From the NCBI GenBank assembly GCA_028715785.1, contig JAQURC010000003.1, positions 91,423-155,422 on the forward strand: a stretch of 64,000 nt of DNA, given 5' to 3'. Shown piece after piece: positions 29,533 through 38,522 of this stretch. This DNA is from Candidatus Omnitrophota bacterium. Its GTDB lineage: Bacteria; Omnitrophota; Gorgyraeia; Gygaellales; Profunditerraquicolaceae. The translations under genes were made by a program, and so were the position numbers. Numbering within the stretch: position 1 is the first letter of the stretch; the number at the start of each line of letters is the position of its first letter. The notes below the pieces were generated by a model, which did not search any database, was not told the origin of the DNA, and worked only from the letters and a program-made list of their open reading frames with translations.

Positions 29533-31080
29533 CTATTTTTTCTCCGGAAAATTCTGGCAAACTATTGTAAATACCGTTAAACTCTTATCCCCTGCCGGTT
29601 TTTGATCAACCGAGCTTATTCTAATCTCTTTAAAATATTTAGAAAATACAGGATCTTTTTTTAAGTTTATAAGAAAAAGGTTGACCGATTCAAATTCTTT
29701 TTCGCCGTTTTCCAGGTAAACCTGTCCGCTAAGGATAAGCTCGGTCCTGCCTCCTATTTTTTTAGTCAGACTGAAATTTTCCAGCCATACCCCCTTGGGC
29801 AAAGCGGCGGGAATTGCATCGAGCGGATAAGTAACATACAGTTGGTTCTTCACTAAATTATCCAATGTAACAATCTTTTTCTTGTATTTGGCCCCCAAGG
29901 CGGAAAGCTCACCAAGGCTGTCGCCGCCAACAGCAGAATCAATTTTTACCCGCTTACTCTTAATTTCAACCAATTCCTCTTGCACGGGTTTAACGCGCAT
30001 TAATCCGTATCCAAAAACAGCCGCACAAACAACAATCCCTAAAATTATGAATTTAAAGTCTAATTTGAAGCTCTCCAATAAGGCAAGAGGCTTCCAGCCC
30101 TCGGTAACAGTCTTGCCGGATTTAAGCCTTGCCTCCAGCAGGTTTATTTTAATTTTAAGAGGCGCAGATTTGAATAGGGCGGCGGAAAAACTTTTAGCAA
30201 GTATCGAAGAATAGCCGAGCCCTTTGCCTAAAGCCTTCTGGGTTTCCACAAATTTAACCGGCAGAGAAGATTCCGCGAAAAAAGAATTTAACTCGGAACG
30301 GCTTTCTTTATCAGAAACCACAAAAATATTTTTTATATCTTTCTCGGGGAATTTACGATTATAATAATCAAGGGAAACCTGAATTTCATTTTTTAATTTC
30401 TCGCGTTTGGCAATGGAATCGGCCTCTACGGTCTGCTCGAAACTGGCCGGTTCACCCGTTAAAATAAAATCGCGGCTAAATAAGGAAAACCCGTTTTCAA
30501 AAACCGTAAAATTTGCCTCGTCTTCATTATTTAAATCATAGCAAAGAATTGCTACCACGCCCGCGTCGCTTAAACCGGCAAGTTTTAAAAAACGTAAAAT
30601 ACTAAAAGCTGAATATTCCACTATATCAACTTTAAGATTAAGCTGTTTAGAAATAGAGATATAATTGGTAAGGATTTCCTTTTTTATTCCGACAAAAAGC
30701 ACAAGGCTGGTCTTATTTTTTTTATTAAACAAGACCTGGAAATCATAATCCAGCTCTTCCAGCTTAAAAGGTATGTATTTCTTGGCCTCAAAATTAACCG
30801 CGCTCTTTAATTCACTTTGGGGAAGAAGCGGGATCTCGAATGTGCGGATAACCAGGTCCTGGCCGGAGATGCAAAAGAAGGCTTCCTCTGCGCTTATACG
30901 ATTAGTCCGGAAAGCATCTTTAAGCATAGCCATCAGCTTTATCTCCGCAGGGACCTTCTCTTCCAATTCCGCTACAGCCAGGCTAAAATGCGGCAGGCGG
31001 ATATTATTCACAATCTTCTTACCGCTGACCTCCACCAGATTAATATCTTTGATCCCAAAATATATGCCTAAATAATTCAT
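29533..31080 (-). CDS. PilM-PilN fusion protein
   Basis: The N-terminal 330 aa are PilM-like (actin-like ATPase). They are followed by a TM helix and a PilN-like periplasmic domain. Confidence 0.7.
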   Translation of the reverse strand: MNYLGIYFGIKDINLVEVSGKKIVNNIRLPHFSLAVAELEEKVPAEIKLMAMLKDAFRTNRISAEEAFFCISGQDLVIRTFEIPLLPQSELKSAVNFEAKKYIPFKLEELDYDFQVLFNKKNKTSLVLFVGIKKEILTNYISISKQLNLKVDIVEYSAFSILRFLKLAGLSDAGVVAILCYDLNNEDEANFTVFENGFSLFSRDFILTGEPASFEQTVEADSIAKREKLKNEIQVSLDYYNRKFPEKDIKNIFVVSDKESRSELNSFFAESSLPVKFVETQKALGKGLGYSSILAKSFSAALFKSAPLKIKINLLEARLKSGKTVTEGWKPLALLESFKLDFKFIILGIVVCAAVFGYGLMRVKPVQEELVEIKSKRVKIDSAVGGDSLGELSALGAKYKKKIVTLDNLVKNQLYVTYPLDAIPAALPKGVWLENFSLTKKIGGRTELILSGQVYLENGEKEFESVNLFLINLKKDPVFSKYFKEIRISSVDQKPAGDKSLTVFTIVCQNFPEKK

Positions 31081-31286
31081 TGGTTATCCCCCGCAGCCGG
31101 CGCACTTGAACCAGTCGATTCACGCTTCTTGGACCTTAACCAGTTATCGATATCCTTGCGATCAAACCTCCAGACCCCTCCAACTTTAATTCCGGATATC
31201 TTACGCTGGTTAAGCCAGTTATAGATAGTCTGTTTCTTTAATTTCAGATAATCCGCTAATTCATCAATATCTATTAGTCTTGACAT
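31077..31286 (-). CDS. Helix-turn-helix (excisionase/MerR-like HTH_17) DNA-binding protein
   Basis: ELADYLKLKKQTIYNWLNQRKI HTH. Its stop overlaps the pilMN ATG as ATGA. Confidence 0.7.
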   Translation of the reverse strand: MSRLIDIDELADYLKLKKQTIYNWLNQRKISGIKVGGVWRFDRKDIDNWLRSKKRESTGSSAPAAGDNQ

Positions 31287-31344
31287 AAAGTTTATTTCCC
31301 CTACCTGCCGATAAGCAAGCTTAGCTATAAAGTACTATGGTTTT

Positions 31345-31373
31345 AATTAGAACATAACAAATTAATGTTGTCA
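31345..31373 (-). promoter_or_regulatory. Sigma70-like promoter TTGACA-17-TCTAAT for the HTH-pilMN operon
   Basis: Read on the minus strand. Confidence 0.45.
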
Positions 31374-31429
31374 AGTGTTTTTTAATATAATATTACTTAC
31401 ATTTACTTAGAATAGTTAGCAAGAAAAAA

Positions 31430-31509
31430 GGGGACGGTTCTATTTTTTGTGCTTTGTAGCTGACGTTTAAACGTCAGCTACTCTGTGGATAAAAAACAGA
31501 ACCGTCCCC
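31430..31509. repeat. Family C nested-palindrome element, copy C2
   Basis: GGGGACGGTTCT...GTAGCTGACGTTTAAACGTCAGCTAC...AGAACCGTCCCC. Flanking A- and T-runs give a bidirectional terminator-like structure. Confidence 0.85.
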
Positions 31510-31556
31510 TTTATTTACCTAAACTTACTTAGATTATAATATTTTGTTAAACAACC

Positions 31557-31943
31557 TTATTGAGGTGTGTAGGTATAGATCGCTTTAGCGCTTATTTTCC
31601 TTGTGCCGGAAACTCCTGACCCAAGATCATAGACAGTGATATCGACTCGTTGAATTGAGTTTGGCAGGCTTAGGATATTGATATCGCAGGCGCTCTTACA
31701 CATAGTCTTGGTATATTGTCCGCTAGCCGGCCAAAGCACATCATCATTCCTGCGCAGTTTATCCAGAGCGTAGAGCACCCCGGCCTTTGCGGCATATTGA
31801 GCCTGAATTCGGCTTAATTGGTGGTGGGTCAGGCGTGACTGATTGGATATGATTCTTAGGATGACAATGGTCAGCATTGCCACGACCATAATCACCCCGA
31901 TAACAATAAAAAGGATTACCCCCTTTTTATTACAATTAGGCAT
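31557..31943 (-). CDS. PilX-like minor pilin-associated protein
   Basis: N-terminal TM segment then QSRLTHHQLSRIQAQYAAKAGVLYALDKL, resembling PilX_N. Confidence 0.5.
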   Translation of the reverse strand: MPNCNKKGVILFIVIGVIMVVAMLTIVILRIISNQSRLTHHQLSRIQAQYAAKAGVLYALDKLRRNDDVLWPASGQYTKTMCKSACDINILSLPNSIQRVDITVYDLGSGVSGTRKISAKAIYTYTPQ

Positions 31944-32142
31944 CTTTCCTCAGTGAAATTCGATAATCATTATCTTTTTTCACTAAAATGACGTGGCCTT
32001 CCCGGGCAAGCCAGCCTAAGCTCATCAGAATATTTTCAGGCGTACGATCAAGCTCCCTGGTTAAGTCACTTAAAGTAACCTCGCCTTTTTGATCCAGGTA
32101 GTGCCAAATTTCACCAGCAACTATACCGATCTCAATAATCAT
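31936..32142 (-). CDS. Small winged-helix protein (DUF2582-like)
   Basis: 68 aa with LGWLAREGHV, typical of DUF2582 wHTH. Confidence 0.5.
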   Translation of the reverse strand: MIIEIGIVAGEIWHYLDQKGEVTLSDLTRELDRTPENILMSLGWLAREGHVILVKKDNDYRISLRKDA

Positions 32143-32202
32143 CTTATCCTACCCTCCTCCATATATTTACATTTATTCTATAAACATTCAAGAATAAGTC
32201 AA

Positions 32203-34470
32203 CTAGTTTTTTGAATTTATCCACTCAACTCTTTCCTGGGCAAATTTTGCCTCTTGGCCGCCTTGTTCGATAATCCGTTTATAAATCTCCAGAGCCTGTT
32301 TAAAACTTTCCTTATCTTCATAAAGTTTGGCTGCGCGTAAAAGCGAGCGCGCCAGTAAATCCGGCGATTGCGGATAGAGATCGGCTGCCAAAAGATATTG
32401 TTTAGCTGCCGCGTCAAACTCTGAATTGGCTTCAAGTGCCTCGGCTAAATTAAAGCGGATATCGGCGGTATCCTTAACATCCGACCGCTCAAGGCTTTTG
32501 GCATAATAAAGTTTAGCTCCTTCATAATCACCCAGCTTATATGAAGTTAAACCCAGGGCGTAAAATGCGTCGGCAGACAGCCGGCTGTCCGGAAAATCTT
32601 TTGTCAAAGAAGCAAAATACCTGCGGGCAAGTTCCAGATTATTACCCCGGTAATAATACTGGCCAAGCCACCACATAATATCCGCGGTTATGCTTGAATT
32701 GGGGTATTTGGCCCGTAAAAGCTTAAACAGCCTAAGCGCTTCATCCTTTTGGCCTAATTTATAATAACAATCCGCGATCTCATATTCGATTTTTTGCAGT
32801 AATTCAATATCCTGGGGACAAAGCTTAAGGGCATCCTTAAAAATATCAAGGGCTTCATTGATTTTTCCCAAACCAAGAAATGCTGTGCCCAACGTATAAA
32901 ATGCCTGGGGGGCCAACGGGTTATCCTTAAATTCATCCTGGAACCTAGAGAGAACCCGGCAACTTGCCGGATAATCCGCTTTCTGGAAATACGCCATTCC
33001 CAAAGAATAAACTGCATCGGCCAGGAATTTTGACTGCGGATAATTTTTTATCATGAGTTTAAAAGAACTGATTGCCCGATCATGCTCTGAATTTTTTAAT
33101 TGTAAAGATCCAAGTTGATATTGGGCATAGTCCGGATAAGCCGAATCCGGATAAAGTTTTATAATTTTGGCGTAAACTTCTTGCGCTTTTACAAAATCAT
33201 TTGCCTCCTGATAAGCCTGGGCTAGCTGAAAAAGCGCCTGAGCCTTAACGGACGGATTATTACTTTCTCCGGCGATACCTTCAAAAACATCTATGCCTGG
33301 CTTGACCTGGCCTTCTTTTATATAAGCTAAACCCAGGTTATAACGTAACTTATCGGCTAACTCATCCGGTATGCCAATCTGCCTGTCCGGCTGGGCGCCC
33401 AATTTATCAACCTTATCCAACCCTTCTTTATAGACATTTACTGCCTGAGCGTATTCATTCAAGTTATAAAGCGCATCGGCACGGCCCAAATACGCCTGAA
33501 TACCTATTAACGGATCAGTGCTTATATCGATAAGCTGTTCATAGAGCCTCTTTGCCTCATAGATGCGGTTAGTCGAAGACATCAATAACGCCCGGCCCAA
33601 TATAAGGATATCCAAACTTTTTTTATCCAGGCTGTTTTGATTAATATCCGCCAATATCTCTTCGGCTTCCTTGTACCTGGCAAGTTTAAGGTAAGACCAG
33701 CCTAATCCTAACTTCGCCAATGCCTGGACATTCTGTTCTTTAGAGATTTGCGCTGACTTAGAGTAATCTCTAGCCGCCTCATTAAAATTATCCAGATAAT
33801 ATTCGGACTCCGCCAGGTAAAAATACAGGTAGGGCAGGCGTAAGCTGTCATTGGCATAAAGCTTAAGGATGGGCTTGATCCTGTCCTTTAATTCCGGGTA
33901 CTCTTTAAGATTATATAAACATTCGATTAATTTAAAAGCGGCGTCTTTACTCTGGGGCTCGCCGGGAAATTTTTCTAACAAGCTTTTAAAGGTTTGCACT
34001 GCCTGGCTGTATTTACCAATCTGCGATAACGACCAACCCAGCGAATAATACGCCGCGGCAGCATAGGGAGATTGAGGGAATTGGGCGATTAGTTTTTGGT
34101 AAAACGCGGATGCTTTTTCAAAGTTGCCGCCTTTAAAATGCACTTCGGCCATCCAAAAATAAATGGCATCTTTAAAACCGCGGCAGGCCGGATCATTGAG
34201 CAACCTTTCGAAAATATTCAGCGCTTCAAGGTAGCGGCCTTGCTGAAAATAGCATTGTCCGCTTAAAAGGCGGGCTTGGTTAAGTTCGGATGAATCAGCA
34301 TACTCTTTCTGAAACCTTTCCAGCATTCCCAGGCTGACTTCATAGAACCCGTCTTCATATGCCTTTCTGGCCATAAAAAGTAGTTCAGTTTCCTTGGCGT
34401 TTTCATAAGCAAAACAAGCTGGAGATAAAAACAACAGGAATATAGATACGCAAACAATTATTTTTTTCAT
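32203..34470 (-). CDS. Large secreted tetratricopeptide-repeat protein
   Basis: Signal peptide followed by more than 15 TPR-like repeats. Confidence 0.8.
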   Translation of the reverse strand: MKKIIVCVSIFLLFLSPACFAYENAKETELLFMARKAYEDGFYEVSLGMLERFQKEYADSSELNQARLLSGQCYFQQGRYLEALNIFERLLNDPACRGFKDAIYFWMAEVHFKGGNFEKASAFYQKLIAQFPQSPYAAAAYYSLGWSLSQIGKYSQAVQTFKSLLEKFPGEPQSKDAAFKLIECLYNLKEYPELKDRIKPILKLYANDSLRLPYLYFYLAESEYYLDNFNEAARDYSKSAQISKEQNVQALAKLGLGWSYLKLARYKEAEEILADINQNSLDKKSLDILILGRALLMSSTNRIYEAKRLYEQLIDISTDPLIGIQAYLGRADALYNLNEYAQAVNVYKEGLDKVDKLGAQPDRQIGIPDELADKLRYNLGLAYIKEGQVKPGIDVFEGIAGESNNPSVKAQALFQLAQAYQEANDFVKAQEVYAKIIKLYPDSAYPDYAQYQLGSLQLKNSEHDRAISSFKLMIKNYPQSKFLADAVYSLGMAYFQKADYPASCRVLSRFQDEFKDNPLAPQAFYTLGTAFLGLGKINEALDIFKDALKLCPQDIELLQKIEYEIADCYYKLGQKDEALRLFKLLRAKYPNSSITADIMWWLGQYYYRGNNLELARRYFASLTKDFPDSRLSADAFYALGLTSYKLGDYEGAKLYYAKSLERSDVKDTADIRFNLAEALEANSEFDAAAKQYLLAADLYPQSPDLLARSLLRAAKLYEDKESFKQALEIYKRIIEQGGQEAKFAQERVEWINSKN

Positions 34471-37272
34471 TTATTTATTAAGGCAACTTTTAAGGAATTT
34501 AGCGGTATATGAATTTCCTATTTTTACCAATTCTTCCGGGCTGCAAGCGGCAACAACCTCTCCGCCCTTGTCTCCGCCTTCAGGCCCAAGGTCAATAATA
34601 TAATCGGCGCATTTAATTACCTCCAGGTTGTGCTCAACTACCACTACGGTATTGCCGCATTCAACCAGCCTCTGCAGGACCGAGATTAATCTGGCGACAT
34701 CGGCAAAATGCAGGCCGGTTGTAGGCTCATCCAAAAGATAAAGTGTCCTGCCTGTGGAACGCTTGGATAACTCTGAAGAGAGCTTGATTCTTTGGGCTTC
34801 TCCTCCGGATAAAGTAGTGGCGCTCTGCCCCAACTGGAGGTAGCCTAAACCGACATCGGATAAATATCCCAGAGTATTTTTTATCTTGGGAATATTACTG
34901 AATAGTTCCAAGGCGTCTTCAATAGTCATTTCCAAGACATCCGCGATGGACCTGCCTTTATACTTTACCTCTAAGGTGGCGTTGTTAAACCTTAAGCCCT
35001 TACACAAATCGCATTTTACGTAGACATCCGGAAGAAAATGCATCTCTATTTTCTTGATGCCGTCACCTTCGCAGGATTCGCAGCGGCCGCCTTTGACATT
35101 AAATGAAAACCTCCCCGGTTTATAGCCCCTAAGCCTGGCTTCAGGAAGCTGGGAAAATAAATCCCTTATGTGGCCGAATACCCCGGTATAAGTAACCGGG
35201 TTTGACCGCGGAGTCCTGCCAATGGGAGATTGGTCAACTACAATCACCTGGTCGATCTCCTGGACGCCGGTTATGGATTTAAATGCGCCGGGTTTTTCTT
35301 TAGACCTATAGATCTTGCGGGCCAAAGCCGGGTAGAGTATGTTACTAATTAGTGTGGACTTGCCTGAACCCGATACGCCGGTCACGCAAATAAGCGTGCC
35401 TAAAGGAAAACGCAGATCAATATTTTTCAGGTTATGCTCGCTGACCCCCTTTATTTCAATATACCTGGCTTTTTGCCATGGCCGCCGGTTTACCGGCGCC
35501 TGGATCAAAAGGTCGCCGCGCAGATATTTTGCGGTCAAGGAATTTTCATCCTTTAAAAGTTCTTCTTTATTTCCGGAAAAGATGACTTTGCCGCCGCCCC
35601 TTCCTGCCCCCGGGCCTAAATCCACAACAAAATCTGCGGCAAGAATAGTAGGAGCATCATGCTCAACCACGATTAAAGTATTTCCCAAATCCCTTAAAGT
35701 CTTTAAGGTTGAAAGCAGCTTTTGATTATCTCGCTGATGCAGGCCAATGCTGGGCTCATCCAAAACATACAGAACTCCGACCAGGCCGCTGCCAACTTGG
35801 GTAGCCAGGCGGATTCTCTGGGCCTCCCCGCCGGATAGAGTAGAACTCTTGCGGTCCAAAGTCAAATAATCCAAACCAACATCCGCGCAGAATTTTAATT
35901 TTCGAGCTATCTCTTTTAATGCCTGATAACCGACCAACTTTTCTTTTTCAGTCAACTTAAGGGCAGAGAAAAAACTTAACGCTTCTTTTATGGACAGCTG
36001 AGTAATCTGCCAGATATTTTTTTGATTAATTATTACTGCCAGGCTCTCCGGTTTAAGCCGGGCGCCTTTACATGCCGGGCAGGCAAGACTGGACATAAAC
36101 TTACTTATCTCTTCCTTAAGATAATCGCTGTCGGTCTGATGGAATAATCTTTCTAAATGCGGAATAACCCCTTCAAAAGGCTTATTGCCAACAACCTCAT
36201 CGCTGCCGTAAAGAATAGCTTTTTGCGCAGGCTTGGGTAATTTATTAAAAGGTGTATCCATGTCAAATTTTAGGCGCGAACTTAACTCCCGGATAAGCCA
36301 GCGGTAATAAAGGATGTAGCCCCTGCCGCCGCGCCTCCACGGCTCAAGGGCCCCGGCGTTAATACTTTTATTTTTATCCGGGATGATTAAATCCGGGTCA
36401 AATTTAAGTTTGGTCCCCAAACCGTTACATTCAGAGCAAGCCCCGTAAGGAGAGTTGAATGAAAAATTCCGCGGGTTAATCTGCGCATAGCTTATGCCGC
36501 ACTTTAAGCAGGCATATTGTTCGCTAAAAATTAGATCCTTAGAGACGCCTCTACTGATAATCACCGTGCCTTTGCCAACTTTTAAAGCAGTTTCAATGGA
36601 ATCGGTAAGCCGCTTGGCTGCGTCGGACTTAATATTAAGACGGTCAACCACTATTTCAATATTATGGATTTTATATTTTGCTAATTTTATCTTTGCGCCA
36701 AGTTCATAAATTTTACCGTCCACCCTGGCGCGCACAAATCCGGCTTTTTGAATCTGCAGAAAAATATCCCTGTGCTGGCCCTTCTTCCCTTGTATCAAAG
36801 GAGCCAATATCTGTATATCCTGGTTTGCCAGAGCGCTCTTAACCGCCTCAATTATCTCCTGGGCGCTCTGGCTTTGAATCGGGGCGCCGCATTTATAGCA
36901 ATGGACATTGCCGATCCTGGCAAATAACAACCTTAAATAATCATAGATCTCGGTTTGCGTGGCAACGGTTGAGCGCGGATTTCCTCCGGCAGAACGCTGT
37001 TGGATAGCAATCGCAGGAGACAGGCCTGAGATAAAATCCACATCCGGTTTCTGCAGCTGCTCCAGGAACTGGCGGGCATAGCTGGAGAGGCTTTCGACAA
37101 ACCTGCGCTGGCCCTCGGCATAAATGGTGTCAAAGGCAAGGCTGGATTTTCCTGAGCCGGATAAACCGGTCACAACGATTAGCTTGTTGCGCGGCAGCTC
37201 CAGGTTGATATTTTTAAGGTTATGCTCTTTTGCCCCGCGGATAATAATATTTTGGTTTTCCATAATCAGCAT
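34471..37272 (-). CDS. uvrA: Excinuclease ABC subunit A
   Basis: Two ABC modules and zinc-finger Cys clusters. The start may be the ATG at 37261. Confidence 0.95.
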   Translation of the reverse strand: MLIMENQNIIIRGAKEHNLKNINLELPRNKLIVVTGLSGSGKSSLAFDTIYAEGQRRFVESLSSYARQFLEQLQKPDVDFISGLSPAIAIQQRSAGGNPRSTVATQTEIYDYLRLLFARIGNVHCYKCGAPIQSQSAQEIIEAVKSALANQDIQILAPLIQGKKGQHRDIFLQIQKAGFVRARVDGKIYELGAKIKLAKYKIHNIEIVVDRLNIKSDAAKRLTDSIETALKVGKGTVIISRGVSKDLIFSEQYACLKCGISYAQINPRNFSFNSPYGACSECNGLGTKLKFDPDLIIPDKNKSINAGALEPWRRGGRGYILYYRWLIRELSSRLKFDMDTPFNKLPKPAQKAILYGSDEVVGNKPFEGVIPHLERLFHQTDSDYLKEEISKFMSSLACPACKGARLKPESLAVIINQKNIWQITQLSIKEALSFFSALKLTEKEKLVGYQALKEIARKLKFCADVGLDYLTLDRKSSTLSGGEAQRIRLATQVGSGLVGVLYVLDEPSIGLHQRDNQKLLSTLKTLRDLGNTLIVVEHDAPTILAADFVVDLGPGAGRGGGKVIFSGNKEELLKDENSLTAKYLRGDLLIQAPVNRRPWQKARYIEIKGVSEHNLKNIDLRFPLGTLICVTGVSGSGKSTLISNILYPALARKIYRSKEKPGAFKSITGVQEIDQVIVVDQSPIGRTPRSNPVTYTGVFGHIRDLFSQLPEARLRGYKPGRFSFNVKGGRCESCEGDGIKKIEMHFLPDVYVKCDLCKGLRFNNATLEVKYKGRSIADVLEMTIEDALELFSNIPKIKNTLGYLSDVGLGYLQLGQSATTLSGGEAQRIKLSSELSKRSTGRTLYLLDEPTTGLHFADVARLISVLQRLVECGNTVVVVEHNLEVIKCADYIIDLGPEGGDKGGEVVAACSPEELVKIGNSYTAKFLKSCLNK

Positions 37273-37279
37273 TAAAAAC

Positions 37280-37360
37280 AGGGACGGTTCTGTTTTTTTG
37301 TACTTTGTAGCTGACGTTTAAACGTCAGCTACTCTGTGGATAAAAAATAGAACCGTCCCC
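37280..37360. repeat. Family C nested-palindrome element, copy C3
   Basis: Near-identical to C2. It ends 8 nt before the uvrA start codon. Confidence 0.85.
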
Positions 37361-37372
37361 ATGTTTCTAAAA

Positions 37373-37612
37373 TTACTTCTTTTTCTTCTTTCCGCCTCTT
37401 TTCATCTTAGCGCAAGAAATATCGCCCTTCTTGTCCAAGAAATAAAGGTATCCTACTTTTCTCTTGATGCCGCATTTGGCTACCTTCTTGGGGCTGCCCC
37501 CTTTTTTAGCGCCTCTTGCCATTTTTGCGCAGGAAACATCCCCTTGCTTGTCAATATAATAGAGATAACCTTTTTCCCTTTTGACACCCACCTTCATCAC
37601 TTTATCAGCCAT
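37373..37612 (-). CDS. Small lysine-rich protein with an internal tandem duplication, uncharacterised
   Basis: 79 aa. It contains two ~35-aa repeats, K(R/V)xVGYLY(Y/F)(I/L)DK(Q/K)GD(V/I)SCAKM(A/K)RG. An SD AAGGGGGTG precedes the ATG at 37612. Confidence 0.5.
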   Translation of the reverse strand: MADKVMKVGVKREKGYLYYIDKQGDVSCAKMARGAKKGGSPKKVAKCGIKRKVGYLYFLDKKGDISCAKMKRGGKKKKK

Positions 37613-37645
37613 CTTTGTACTCACCCCCTTTCGTCTGTTAATTAA

Positions 37646-38467
37646 TCAAGTGCCGATCTTTACCGGCTCTAAAATCTGCTTTAAAGTCGCAATCGCCGAA
37701 AGCACCGCCAGGTAACTGGTCTTAGGATTCTGCGGATGCAGGATATTTTCGGTGCGCGTAAAAATCCTGGCTGCCTTGGATTCGATTAAAACCTCATGAA
37801 TATTCCTATTAACATAAGGGCTGGCAATTATGCGCACCTGTGTTTTATTCATCCCAATAGCGGCTAAGCCCAGAACCGCGGCGACATTAATATTCTGCGG
37901 AAAATATTTCACGGCATCCGCGGCTTTCCCGGAAAATAAGAGTTTGTCTTTTTTTAAACCGGAGAGCTTAAAGTTTCTTTCGACATACTCTACGCCCTTA
38001 AACGCGTTAGGATTTTTGCGCGTAGTCAGGACCACCTTCTTTACTCCGGCGATGTTGGCAGCCTTTAAAGCATCAATGCCCGAAATAGCTCCGCTAGGGA
38101 AATAAACCTGTGCGTTGTTCTTTAGGGCTAAAGCCGGCAATTCATTTGAATGATCCACTATTCCGCCGACGCTCATAATCATAACTTTACGCCCGCTGGA
38201 CAAAGACCTCCGCGCTATCTCCCAAGCCGCTTTGGCGCTGGAGGCTTCAATCACTAGATCCGATCTTTTAATAAGAATGTCCAGATTAGCCGCGCATAAT
38301 TTACCGCTCTTTGTTAATTTCCCGGAAAGGAATTGGGCCTTTTCCGGCCTGATATCAAAAAGCGCAACTAAAGAGGCGAGATTGCCAAAATTCGTAACTA
38401 TCTCTTTGGCTAAGGAACTGCCAATAGCCCCGCAGCCAACTATGCCAATTCTGAGTAATTTAACCAT
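37646..38467 (-). CDS. Aspartate dehydrogenase-like NAD(P)-binding protein
   Basis: N-terminal Rossmann motif GIVGCGAIG. Confidence 0.5.
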   Translation of the reverse strand: MVKLLRIGIVGCGAIGSSLAKEIVTNFGNLASLVALFDIRPEKAQFLSGKLTKSGKLCAANLDILIKRSDLVIEASSAKAAWEIARRSLSSGRKVMIMSVGGIVDHSNELPALALKNNAQVYFPSGAISGIDALKAANIAGVKKVVLTTRKNPNAFKGVEYVERNFKLSGLKKDKLLFSGKAADAVKYFPQNINVAAVLGLAAIGMNKTQVRIIASPYVNRNIHEVLIESKAARIFTRTENILHPQNPKTSYLAVLSAIATLKQILEPVKIGT

Positions 38468-38522
38468 TTATTAAATTTTTGTGTAATGTTCAATGTGTAA
38501 CGTGTAATGTAAATCTTTTGCA

